A DNA stretch of 64,000 nt, from NCBI GenBank assembly GCA_949840805.1, contig CATKXR010000018.1:4096-68095 (forward strand), given 5' to 3'. Shown here piece after piece: positions 29,133 through 37,658 of the stretch; position 1 is the stretch's first letter; every line of letters starts with the position of its first letter. The notes under the pieces are model-generated. The model worked only from the letters and a program-made list of their open reading frames with translations, had not been told where the DNA came from and ran no database searches. The position numbers were made by a program, and so were the translations under genes. Origin of the DNA: an uncultured Lachnospiraceae bacterium (GTDB lineage Bacteria > Bacillota > Clostridia > Lachnospirales > Lachnospiraceae).

Positions 29133-31088
29133 TTATGAAATATCCAGCGCGGCGTGATATCCCCAGTAGACGGCGTTGGTGATGGTGGAAACTTTGGCGG
29201 CGTCGCCGATGACCCGGACAAAGGGGGCGGAACCATTTAACTCTTCCACCACATCGGTGCGGGAGCGCTGGCCCAGGGCGCAGATCACGCTTCTGCCGGG
29301 AACCAGTACTTCTTTGCCTTCCTTGTCTTCGCAGATAATGCCTTCCTCTGTGACACGAAGACCCTTATAACCGGTGTGGACAACAGCATATTTTTCGATT
29401 TCTTTGAGCAGCAGGGGGCGGTGGCGGACGTTGGCATCGGGAGCCAGCATATCTCTCATCTCTACCAGGTGGACTTTTTTGCCCTCTTGTCCCAGATGGA
29501 TGGCGCACTCGCAGCCAGCCAGGCCGCCGCCGAATACCACTACATCGTCTCCCACTTTATCTTTTTCTTTATAATAATTGTTGACGATCACCACATTGTC
29601 CCCATCCAGCCCGGGAATGGGGGGCACCAGAGGACGGGAGCCGGCGGCGATAATGAGGGCATCCGGGGCCATGTTGTCCACATAGGCCCGGTCAACCAGG
29701 GTATTGAGGCAGATCTCCACCCCGGCGTTCCGGCAGAACCTGGCATAGGTTTCCGCCAGCTGGTATATTTCGTATTTAAAGGGCAGGGCCTGTTCACTTT
29801 TCAGGATTCCGCCCAATTCCCCTTCCTTCTCGCACAGCACTACCTTATGGCCGCGCCGGGCCGCAGTGTAGGCAGCGTACAGACCGCCGGGGCCCCCGCC
29901 TGCCACCAGGACCGTCTTCGATACCGGGGCAGGAGTTACTTCGCTTCCCTCGCACTCCCGTCCGATCAGGGGATTGACGGTGCAGCGGCGGGTAGAGGTG
30001 GAAGCCCGCTCAGCCATGCAGGTGAAGCAGCGCAGGCAGCGGACAATATCTTCGTCCTGGTTGGCCATGACCTTGCCAGGCAGGAACGGGTCGGCCAGCA
30101 GGGCACGGGCCATATAGACTACGTCTGCCTTGCCGGAAGCGATGATTTCTTCCATCTGGGCGGGGTCATTTAATCCGCCGATGGTGGCCACAGGCACCTT
30201 GACGTGTTTTTTGATCTCGGCAGCCAGAAACACGTTCCGTCCATGGTCGGTGAACATGGAGGGATGGGTAATGCCGAAGGTACGCTGATAAGTGCCGGCG
30301 GTGACGTGGAGCAGGTCGATGTAAGGCTCCAGCTGCCGGGCGATGCGGATCCCTTCCTCCAGGTCATAGCCCTCCTCCACAAACTCCGCGCCGCTTAGGC
30401 GGAACTCGATGGGAAAGGAGGGACCTACTGCCTCCCGGACAGCTTTCAGCACATTCACGGCAAAACGGCAGCGGTTTTCCAGGGAACCGCCGTACTGATC
30501 GCAGCGCTTGTTGAACATGGGAGAGAGAAACTGGTTGATGAGCCAGCCATGTCCGCCATGGATCATGAGCAGCTCGAAGCCGGCCCGCTTGGCCAGCGCC
30601 GCCACATGTCCATAGGCGGCAATGATTTCATCGATCATCTCCGTAGTCAGCTCGCCCACCTTTACGCCATCGGGGCGTGTGCAGGCAGAAGGTCCCCACT
30701 GGGTCATGCCGTGCTGCTTGTTCTTGTCGGTCATGTAAGTGCCGGAATACATACCGGAATGAGACAGTTCAATGCTGGGAATGGCTCCGTGACGGCGGAT
30801 CGCGTCGGCGGTGTAGGTGGCGCAGGCAAGGGAATTGAGGATGGACTCGTCCAGGTGATAGGCGTGGGAGCCGTCCGTGGAGGGGTGGACCATCAGCTCA
30901 GACACCGTAACCGCGCCGGCGCCGCCCTTGGCACGCAGCTCATAGAATGCGGTGGACTTGGGGCCAATGCAGCCATCATTGGTGATGTCGGTGCCGCCCA
31001 TGGGGGCGGAGAACATGCGGTTGCGGAAGGTAGTGCCGCCCAGGGTGATGGGCTTGCACAGGTTGGGATATTTGTGTTGCATAATCAT
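29133..31088 (-). CDS. OYE-family NADH:flavin oxidoreductase with Fe-S and FAD/NAD domains (2,4-dienoyl-CoA reductase / BaiCD-like architecture)
   Basis: RNR..APM, HGGHGWL..QFLSP..NKR.D.YGGS, CLRCFTC...C.VNP, GGGPGG and GGGLAG dinucleotide motifs. Confidence 0.9.
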   Translation of the reverse strand: MIMQHKYPNLCKPITLGGTTFRNRMFSAPMGGTDITNDGCIGPKSTAFYELRAKGGAGAVTVSELMVHPSTDGSHAYHLDESILNSLACATYTADAIRRHGAIPSIELSHSGMYSGTYMTDKNKQHGMTQWGPSACTRPDGVKVGELTTEMIDEIIAAYGHVAALAKRAGFELLMIHGGHGWLINQFLSPMFNKRCDQYGGSLENRCRFAVNVLKAVREAVGPSFPIEFRLSGAEFVEEGYDLEEGIRIARQLEPYIDLLHVTAGTYQRTFGITHPSMFTDHGRNVFLAAEIKKHVKVPVATIGGLNDPAQMEEIIASGKADVVYMARALLADPFLPGKVMANQDEDIVRCLRCFTCMAERASTSTRRCTVNPLIGRECEGSEVTPAPVSKTVLVAGGGPGGLYAAYTAARRGHKVVLCEKEGELGGILKSEQALPFKYEIYQLAETYARFCRNAGVEICLNTLVDRAYVDNMAPDALIIAAGSRPLVPPIPGLDGDNVVIVNNYYKEKDKVGDDVVVFGGGLAGCECAIHLGQEGKKVHLVEMRDMLAPDANVRHRPLLLKEIEKYAVVHTGYKGLRVTEEGIICEDKEGKEVLVPGRSVICALGQRSRTDVVEELNGSAPFVRVIGDAAKVSTITNAVYWGYHAALDIS

Positions 31089-31269
31089 TTGCCTCCTTGT
31101 ATTGATTGGTAACAGAGAATATGTAATGGTTATCCATTTGTTATGGCATACAAATGGAGGTTATCAAGAAAATTATATCACAGTTTATGCAGGAATGGGG
31201 GTACATGAAAATTTTTTTCGGCAGGAAGGGTATTTATGCTCTGGACAAAAGGAATAAGAAATATTATAA

Positions 31270-31284
31270 TTAGAATAATTCTAA
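31270..31284. promoter_or_regulatory. PerR (Per) box
   Basis: Perfect 7-1-7 palindrome TTAGAAT-A-ATTCTAA just before the RBS of the Fur-family gene. Confidence 0.75.
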
Positions 31285-31299
31285 AAAGGAGGCAAAAAT

Positions 31300-31662
31300 G
31301 TGACCAGGTACGCAAAACGGATATTGGAATTAGTCAATCAGTCCGGGGCGCATATGACGGCAGAGCAGATCTTTTTAGAAATGAAAAAAGAAGAACCGAG
31401 AGTAGTTCAGGCAACGATATACAATAATCTGAATACTTTGTGCCAGAAAGGGCTGATACGGAAACTGCCGATGGAAGGTTCACCCGACCGCTATGATAAA
31501 ATCCGCAGGCATGATCATCTGGTTTGTAAGAGATGTGGGGCATTATCCGATATAACATTTGCGGATATGACCAGGGATTTGGAAAGACAGCTTGGACAGG
31601 GGATTCTGTCTTATGATTTAAAGGTATTCTATCTCTGCCCGAAATGCAGGGAGAAAAATTAA
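31300..31662 (+). CDS. perR: Fur family regulator, PerR-like
   Basis: HMTAEQI, ATIYNNL, RYD....HDHLVCKRCG..SD, CPKC; sits upstream of rubrerythrin. Confidence 0.8.
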   Translation: MTRYAKRILELVNQSGAHMTAEQIFLEMKKEEPRVVQATIYNNLNTLCQKGLIRKLPMEGSPDRYDKIRRHDHLVCKRCGALSDITFADMTRDLERQLGQGILSYDLKVFYLCPKCREKN

Positions 31663-31788
31663 AAGGGGGGTATTCATAATGGTCTGCCAATAACGTATTT
31701 GTGGATATGTGTATGATGGGGAAAAAGAAGAGCAATACCGTATAAGGCAGCTTTAGACATAAGCGCCAAAATAGAAAAGGAGAGAAAG

Positions 31789-32331
31789 ATGAAAATGACA
31801 AAGTATGCAGGGACACAGACAGAGAAGAATCTGGAGGCAGCATTTGCGGGGGAATCCCAGGCAAGGAATAAATATACTTATTTTGCCTCTGTAGCCAAAA
31901 AGGAAGGATATGAGCAGATTGCAGGCCTGTTTTTGAAAACGGCTGACAATGAAAAAGAACATGCGAAGATGTGGTTTAAGGAGTTAAACGGGATTGGCGA
32001 TACCAGGCAGAATCTCGGCGCGGCCGCAGATGGCGAAAACTATGAGTGGACAGATATGTATGAGAATTTTGCCAAGACGGCAGAGGAAGAGGGTTTTCCA
32101 GAGCTTGCGGCAAAGTTCAGGCTTGTGGGCGCGATTGAAAAGCATCATGAAGAACGGTACCGCGCTTTGCTGAAAAATGTGGAGATGGCCGCTGTATTTG
32201 AAAAGAGTGAAGTGAAGGTGTGGGAATGCCGCAACTGCGGCCATATTATGGTGGGCGAAAAGGCGCCTGAGATTTGTCCGGCCTGCAGCCATCCTCAGAG
32301 TTATTTTGAAGTACATGCAGAGAATTATTGA
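31789..32331 (+). CDS. rbr: Rubrerythrin
   Basis: [26 protein letters not shown]-terminal CRNCG...CPAC rubredoxin knuckles. Confidence 0.95.
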   Translation: MKMTKYAGTQTEKNLEAAFAGESQARNKYTYFASVAKKEGYEQIAGLFLKTADNEKEHAKMWFKELNGIGDTRQNLGAAADGENYEWTDMYENFAKTAEEEGFPELAAKFRLVGAIEKHHEERYRALLKNVEMAAVFEKSEVKVWECRNCGHIMVGEKAPEICPACSHPQSYFEVHAENY

Positions 32332-32372
32332 TTCGGTTAAAATTATTTATTAGAACAAGGAGGCATACGGGT

Positions 32373-33350
32373 ATGGTAAAGATGGGGATCATCGGTGCGG
32401 GCAGGATAGCCGGCCTTATGGGGAGAACCCTGCAGGGAATGGATACGGTGGAACGGTATGCCATTGCGGCCAGGGACTACGAGCGGGCAAAGGCCTTTGC
32501 AGACGAGTATGGATTTGAGAAGGCTTATGGTTCCTATGAGGAGATGGTGAAGGATCCGGAGGTGGATCTGGTATATATCGCGACCCCCCACTCCCACCAC
32601 TATGACCATGTGAAGCTGTGTCTGGAGCACGGAAAGCATGTGCTTTGCGAGAAGGCCTTTACGGTCAATGAGGGACAGGCGATGGAGCTGTTTGCCATGG
32701 CAAAGGAGAGGAGGCTTCTTCTGACGGAGGCGATCTGGACGAGATATATGCCCATGAGAAAGACGCTGGAGGAAGTACTGGCTAGCGGGATCATTGGAAA
32801 TCCTTACATGCTGACTGCCAACCTCAGCTATATCATCGACCATAAGGAGCGGATCAAAAAGCCGGAGCTGGCCGGAGGCGCATTGCTGGATATCGGCATA
32901 TACACCCTAAATTTTGCCTCTATGGCCTTTGGGGATGACATCGAGAGGATCACCGGGACGGCCACCTTCAATGAATACGGCATGGACATGCAGGAGAATA
33001 TCACCATCCTGTATCGGGACGGAAGGATGGCGGCGCTCAATTCCAGCGCTCGCAGCTTAAGTGACCGCAGGGGGATCATCTACGGGGACAAGGGATACAT
33101 TGAGACGGAGAATATCAACAACTGTGAGGGCATCAGGGTATTTGACACAGAGAGAAGGCTGGTGGCATCCTACGAGACGCCGGAGCAGATCACCGGCTAT
33201 GAGTATGAGGTGGAAGCCTGTGTCCATGCCATCGAGCAGGGGGAGCTGGAGTGTCCCCAGATGCCCCATGAGGAGACCCTGCGGATGCTTCGGTGGATGG
33301 ATGAGCTGCGCAGGCAGTGGGGGATTGTGTATCCCATGGAGCAGGGATAA
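32373..33350 (+). CDS. Gfo/Idh/MocA family oxidoreductase
   Basis: GIIGAGRIA, VYIATPHSHH, HVLCEK, GGALLDIGIY. Confidence 0.92.
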   Translation: MVKMGIIGAGRIAGLMGRTLQGMDTVERYAIAARDYERAKAFADEYGFEKAYGSYEEMVKDPEVDLVYIATPHSHHYDHVKLCLEHGKHVLCEKAFTVNEGQAMELFAMAKERRLLLTEAIWTRYMPMRKTLEEVLASGIIGNPYMLTANLSYIIDHKERIKKPELAGGALLDIGIYTLNFASMAFGDDIERITGTATFNEYGMDMQENITILYRDGRMAALNSSARSLSDRRGIIYGDKGYIETENINNCEGIRVFDTERRLVASYETPEQITGYEYEVEACVHAIEQGELECPQMPHEETLRMLRWMDELRRQWGIVYPMEQG

Positions 33351-33374
33351 GCAAAAAATCAACAGGAAGAGCCC

Positions 33375-33415
33375 GGGAGCATGGAAAGAGTAAATCTTCC
33401 ATGCTCCCATTTTTT
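33375..33415 (+). terminator. Intrinsic terminator
   Basis: GGGAGCATGGAA...TTCCATGCTCCC followed by a T run. Confidence 0.85.
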
Positions 33416-33742
33416 ATTCCATAGGAAATAGTGTCCTATGGAACAAAAAATGTCTGTGAAGTGGCGGCGTGTGTATAGTTGTGAAGTGGCGGTAAATGTG
33501 ATAAACTAAGCACACAAGGGCTGCAAAGGTTTCATCTGCCCTTATCAAACTTTCTCTGGGGAGAAAGGTCATGACAGTGGATATCGCGGCGGGCAGCCGT
33601 TATGTGGCGGAGATTGAGTGGAGTCCTTTTGGCCTGATCTGCTGGATCAGGTGATCCGGAGGCCGTAGGGCGGGAGCTGTGAGAAGGTTTTTGCAGCGGA
33701 TGTACAAGCTTAAAAATATAAGGAAGGAAAGGCAGGAAAATT

Positions 33743-34999
33743 ATGGGGACGATCATTGATTTGAGTAAGGCGGAGAGCTATCTGGAGGCACAGGAGCTGA
33801 AGGAGGCCAGGGCAAAGGCAGCGTCCATTTGCCGGGCATTATATGAAAAAGAGGACAGGGATAAGATTCTGGGCTGGCGTACCAGGGAGGCTTCCGTGCT
33901 GCAGTTAGAGGAGATCAAGGCGAAGGCGGAGGAGATCCGCCGGGAGGCAGATGTATTTGTGATCGTGGGCGTGGGCGGCTCCAATCAGGCGGCCAGAGCG
34001 GTGATCGAGGCGCTTACCCGTCCGGACGGGCCGGAGATTGTGTATCTGGGCAATACGCTGTCCCCTTACACCATCCGCAAGACCTTAGAGGGGATGGAGG
34101 GAAAGAGCATCTATATTGATGTGATTGCCAAGAATTTCGAGACCCTGGAGCCGGGGAGCCATTTCCGGATCCTGCGGCAGTGGATGAAAAGCCGCTATGA
34201 CAGGGAGGAGATGGCGAAGCGGATCATCGTCACCGGCACCAAGGGTTCCCGGCTGGAGGAGATCGCGGCGGAGAACGGATATCTGTTTTTGCAGTTTCCG
34301 GTGCCTGTGGGCGGGCGCTATTCGGCCTTTACCCCGGTGGGACTGCTTCCCATTGCGGCGGCAGGACTGGATGTGGATGAATATCTGGCGGGAATGGATG
34401 CAGCCTGTCAGGATTGCCGGGAGCATGAGGAGGATAATCTGGCAGTGCGGTACGGGGCGGTGCGGCAGCTTTTGTACAGGCGCGGCTATGATATCGAGAT
34501 GATGGTGTCCTTTGAGCCCCGGTACGGATTTTTTGCCAGGTGGTGGGTGCAGCTTTTCGGCGAGAGCGAGGGGAAGGAAAAGAAGGGAATTTTCCCCACC
34601 GCATCCATTTACTCGGAGGATCTTCATTCCATTGGACAGTATATGCAGGACGGCAGACGGAATCTGATTGAGACCTTTGTGTCGGTGAAGGATCCGGGGG
34701 CCTCGGTGGTGGTGGAGTCCTGTCCGGAATACGGGGATCGGTTTGATTACCTGGACGGCATGGATTTTGCGGAGATTAACCGGGCGGCGGAGGAGGCTAC
34801 CTGGGAGGCCCATTCCCGGGGCGGAGTGCCCTGCATCCGCTTTGAGGTGGACAAAGCCTCGGAGAGGAGCTTTGGGGAGCTGTATTATTACTTTATGGTG
34901 GCCTGCGCGGTGTCTGGAGAGCTGATGGGCGTCAATCCCTTTGACCAGGAGGGCGTGGAGGAGTATAAACGAAGCATGTTTGCGGCGCTGGGAAAGTGA
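33743..34999 (+). CDS. pgi: Glucose-6-phosphate isomerase
   Basis: GVGGS, VGGRYS, QLFGESEGK, DLHSIGQY, NPFDQEGVEEYK. Confidence 0.92.
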   Translation: MGTIIDLSKAESYLEAQELKEARAKAASICRALYEKEDRDKILGWRTREASVLQLEEIKAKAEEIRREADVFVIVGVGGSNQAARAVIEALTRPDGPEIVYLGNTLSPYTIRKTLEGMEGKSIYIDVIAKNFETLEPGSHFRILRQWMKSRYDREEMAKRIIVTGTKGSRLEEIAAENGYLFLQFPVPVGGRYSAFTPVGLLPIAAAGLDVDEYLAGMDAACQDCREHEEDNLAVRYGAVRQLLYRRGYDIEMMVSFEPRYGFFARWWVQLFGESEGKEKKGIFPTASIYSEDLHSIGQYMQDGRRNLIETFVSVKDPGASVVVESCPEYGDRFDYLDGMDFAEINRAAEEATWEAHSRGGVPCIRFEVDKASERSFGELYYYFMVACAVSGELMGVNPFDQEGVEEYKRSMFAALGK

Positions 35000-35226
35000 A
35001 GCGGAAGTAACAAGTCCAAGGGATATCTGACCAAACGGAAAAAAGCCGGGACTGATGGAAATCGGAAGGCGTTTGTCAGGGAATATTCCTGTGTCCCTTG
35101 GGCGGGCGCATTTTGACAGAAGCCTGCGGCTGGTGGTGGAAAAATATATAACCCTCTATTTCCGTATATGAAATTATCAAATAGTCATTCTTCACAATAT
35201 GCATTCATCAAGGGAGGGTAAATCTA

Positions 35227-37611
35227 ATGAGAAAGCAGATACCTGAACATATAAGGACCAAATTAAACAAAATTAAAACAGTTATCGAAGACGTCCCTAA
35301 TACTGTCCCTCATGAAATGCGGACAACCTTTAATTTTAAAGGGAGGAAATCCCCTGTTATAGCCGAAAAAGTGATAGAGGCAGTGAGCAATCGTGATGAT
35401 GTTGTATACGATCCTTTTATGGGTTCCGGTTCATTTGTATATGCTGCAATGGGAAAAGTAAAAAAGATTTATGCAACGGAGCTTGACAATTATACATTTC
35501 ATGCCGTGAGGTCATTGATGAACCAGGCAGATCTGATTAAATTGAATGAACTATTTGATAGTGTTAAAGAAGATGTTTATGAACAGATTATGTCATTATA
35601 CGAAACGTCATGTTGCGGCTGCAGGAATTATATAAGCAAAGTTTTATTCGACCCTGAAGATGGAAAAAAAGGATATCTTAACCCTTCTGGGAACCGGGAA
35701 ATAATAGACGGTAAAAATATAAAACTCATAAAGAAATGCCCGGTGTGCGGCGAAAAATCTAAAAAATTTGATGATAAGGATTATGAAAAATTAATCATGC
35801 TGGAAAAAATCAATGTAGACAGATTTCCCAGAAACCAATACATTGTAAACAGCAGAATTAATATTACTTCGTCAACAGGTGCAGATAAGTATGATAAGAT
35901 CTTTACACAGAGAAATAAAATTGCCTTATTGATTTTACAAGATGCAATTAATAAGCTTGAACCGTCAGATGAAAAAGATATATTGGAACAAGTTTTAGTT
36001 GCCTCTATCTCGCTTGCGAGGATCGCTATGTATGGTTCCAGTACCGATATCTTGTATCATGTGGTGGGGCATGGAGCACAGGATATGAATGTCTGGCTGC
36101 TATTTGAAGAAAAGTATAAAAATTTTTGTAAATTCAAGTCCGTATATAGTGATAAGCAGATAGGGAAAACAGACTCAACTGTAATTATTGCCAATAAAGA
36201 TTACGCCACATATCTGAAAGAAAATCCTGATCTGAAGGCAGACATTATCTATACGGATTTTCCATATACAGACCAGGTTCCATATTTAGAGAGGAATCAA
36301 TTATATCGTATTTGGCTGGAAAAATTTTATGATCCTAAATATGCATTGACAGAAGAAATGCTGGAACAGGAAATTGTCCTGACTAATGCAGAGTCAAGAA
36401 CAGAAAAAAGAAAGATAGAGAATTACTATAAAGATATTGACAATATGTTTTTTCGTTTTTATGGCATTTTAAATGAAAACGGACTGGTGTTTTTTACAAT
36501 GAAGCTGGGAAAAGCAAAGTATTTTAAGACCTATATAGAGATTGTAAATCTGGCTCGTAAAAATGGCTTTGAGTATGCCTGCCAGATTGGAATTGAAAAG
36601 AAAGATCCAACCATACGAAAGCAATCAGCATTTACAAATACGTTCATAAATGAAATGATAGTTGTTTTCTGCAAATTATCAGAAAAGGACAGATATTGGT
36701 ACATTGGCAATGAGAACTATGAATTCATGCTTGTTAAAAAAGTGTATTCATATTTAATTGATACGAAAGAATATGTAACATTATCAAGTGCCGTAACGCT
36801 GATTTGCAATGATTTAAAGTCAAAATATTTGTATTTGGCCGGCAAACAGGACATATTGAAAATAAAGACATTATTACAGCAATATTTTAAAGTGGATGCA
36901 GGGTGCATACAGATCGATGATAATCGGTTATATTTAGATATTGAAGATACAACGGATTTATACACAAAGTTATATGATTTAATGCCGATTTTTGTCAGAA
37001 AACTTTTGGATAGCAAAGGGAAATTTGTACTGGAAGATGTTTATTTTGAGCTGGTGAATGCATTGTGTGATGGTAATCCAAAAACAATTGCACAAATTTT
37101 AGAAGATGAAAATCATCAGAGGGATATAGAAAATCTGATATTAAACTACTGTGAGAAAGACGGACAGTATTATGCCGAAAGAAAAGATATCGTCAAACCA
37201 AATGAAAATGCCGTTGATATCTCCACATTAAGCGGCACGGATTTTGAAGTTCTGGTACAGAGATTGCTGAAAAAGGAAGGATATGAGAATGTTGTAAAGA
37301 TGGGAGGGGCCGGGGATCTAGGGGTTGACATTATTGCTTCTAAACGTCAGAAGGACAAATTGACGCATTATATATTCCAGTGCAAGCGTTGGGCGTCAAA
37401 CGTTGGTTCTGACCCTGTACAGAGATTATATGCTGAAAGAATGAGAAGAGGATTGGACCATGCGGTATGTGTGACAACTTCCGGTTATACCAGGGACGGC
37501 AAAAAAGTGGCATCTGATCTTGAGGTAGAGATTGTCGATGGAAAGCAACTGATGAAGCGTCTTAACAAATATTTTCCGGGGGAGTATTATAACGGAATCC
37601 GGGATATATAA
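35227..37611 (+). CDS. Amino-methyltransferase-like domain (Zn-ribbon insert, DFPY motif IV) fused to a C-terminal Mrr-type restriction endonuclease domain
   Basis: DPFMGSGS motif I, YTDFPY motif IV, CCGC and CPVC; C-terminal FE......GY....GDLGVDII...QCKR Mrr_cat signature; AT-rich. Confidence 0.85.
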   Translation: MRKQIPEHIRTKLNKIKTVIEDVPNTVPHEMRTTFNFKGRKSPVIAEKVIEAVSNRDDVVYDPFMGSGSFVYAAMGKVKKIYATELDNYTFHAVRSLMNQADLIKLNELFDSVKEDVYEQIMSLYETSCCGCRNYISKVLFDPEDGKKGYLNPSGNREIIDGKNIKLIKKCPVCGEKSKKFDDKDYEKLIMLEKINVDRFPRNQYIVNSRINITSSTGADKYDKIFTQRNKIALLILQDAINKLEPSDEKDILEQVLVASISLARIAMYGSSTDILYHVVGHGAQDMNVWLLFEEKYKNFCKFKSVYSDKQIGKTDSTVIIANKDYATYLKENPDLKADIIYTDFPYTDQVPYLERNQLYRIWLEKFYDPKYALTEEMLEQEIVLTNAESRTEKRKIENYYKDIDNMFFRFYGILNENGLVFFTMKLGKAKYFKTYIEIVNLARKNGFEYACQIGIEKKDPTIRKQSAFTNTFINEMIVVFCKLSEKDRYWYIGNENYEFMLVKKVYSYLIDTKEYVTLSSAVTLICNDLKSKYLYLAGKQDILKIKTLLQQYFKVDAGCIQIDDNRLYLDIEDTTDLYTKLYDLMPIFVRKLLDSKGKFVLEDVYFELVNALCDGNPKTIAQILEDENHQRDIENLILNYCEKDGQYYAERKDIVKPNENAVDISTLSGTDFEVLVQRLLKKEGYENVVKMGGAGDLGVDIIASKRQKDKLTHYIFQCKRWASNVGSDPVQRLYAERMRRGLDHAVCVTTSGYTRDGKKVASDLEVEIVDGKQLMKRLNKYFPGEYYNGIRDI

Positions 37612-37616
37612 GAGGG

Positions 37617-37654
37617 TGCCGGGAAAGGGGATCTGTAAGACCCGTTTCCCGGCA
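37617..37654. terminator. Hairpin between convergent genes
   Basis: TGCCGGGAAA...TTTCCCGGCA. Confidence 0.7.
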
Positions 37655-37658
37655 GTTC

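Noticed and set aside
29133-31088. Assignment as bilirubin reductase or BaiCD/BaiH
   Set aside because: No HGDR motif and no bai operon context; only family-level support
33417-33443. Third copy of the LysR-type block (starts CATAGGAAAT)
   Set aside because: Dyad spacing differs (N13) and the rest of the 47-nt block is absent
185-34813. Numerous short ORFs overlapping confident genes on either strand
   Set aside because: Shadow frames expected from codon bias; no RBS or recognisable motifs
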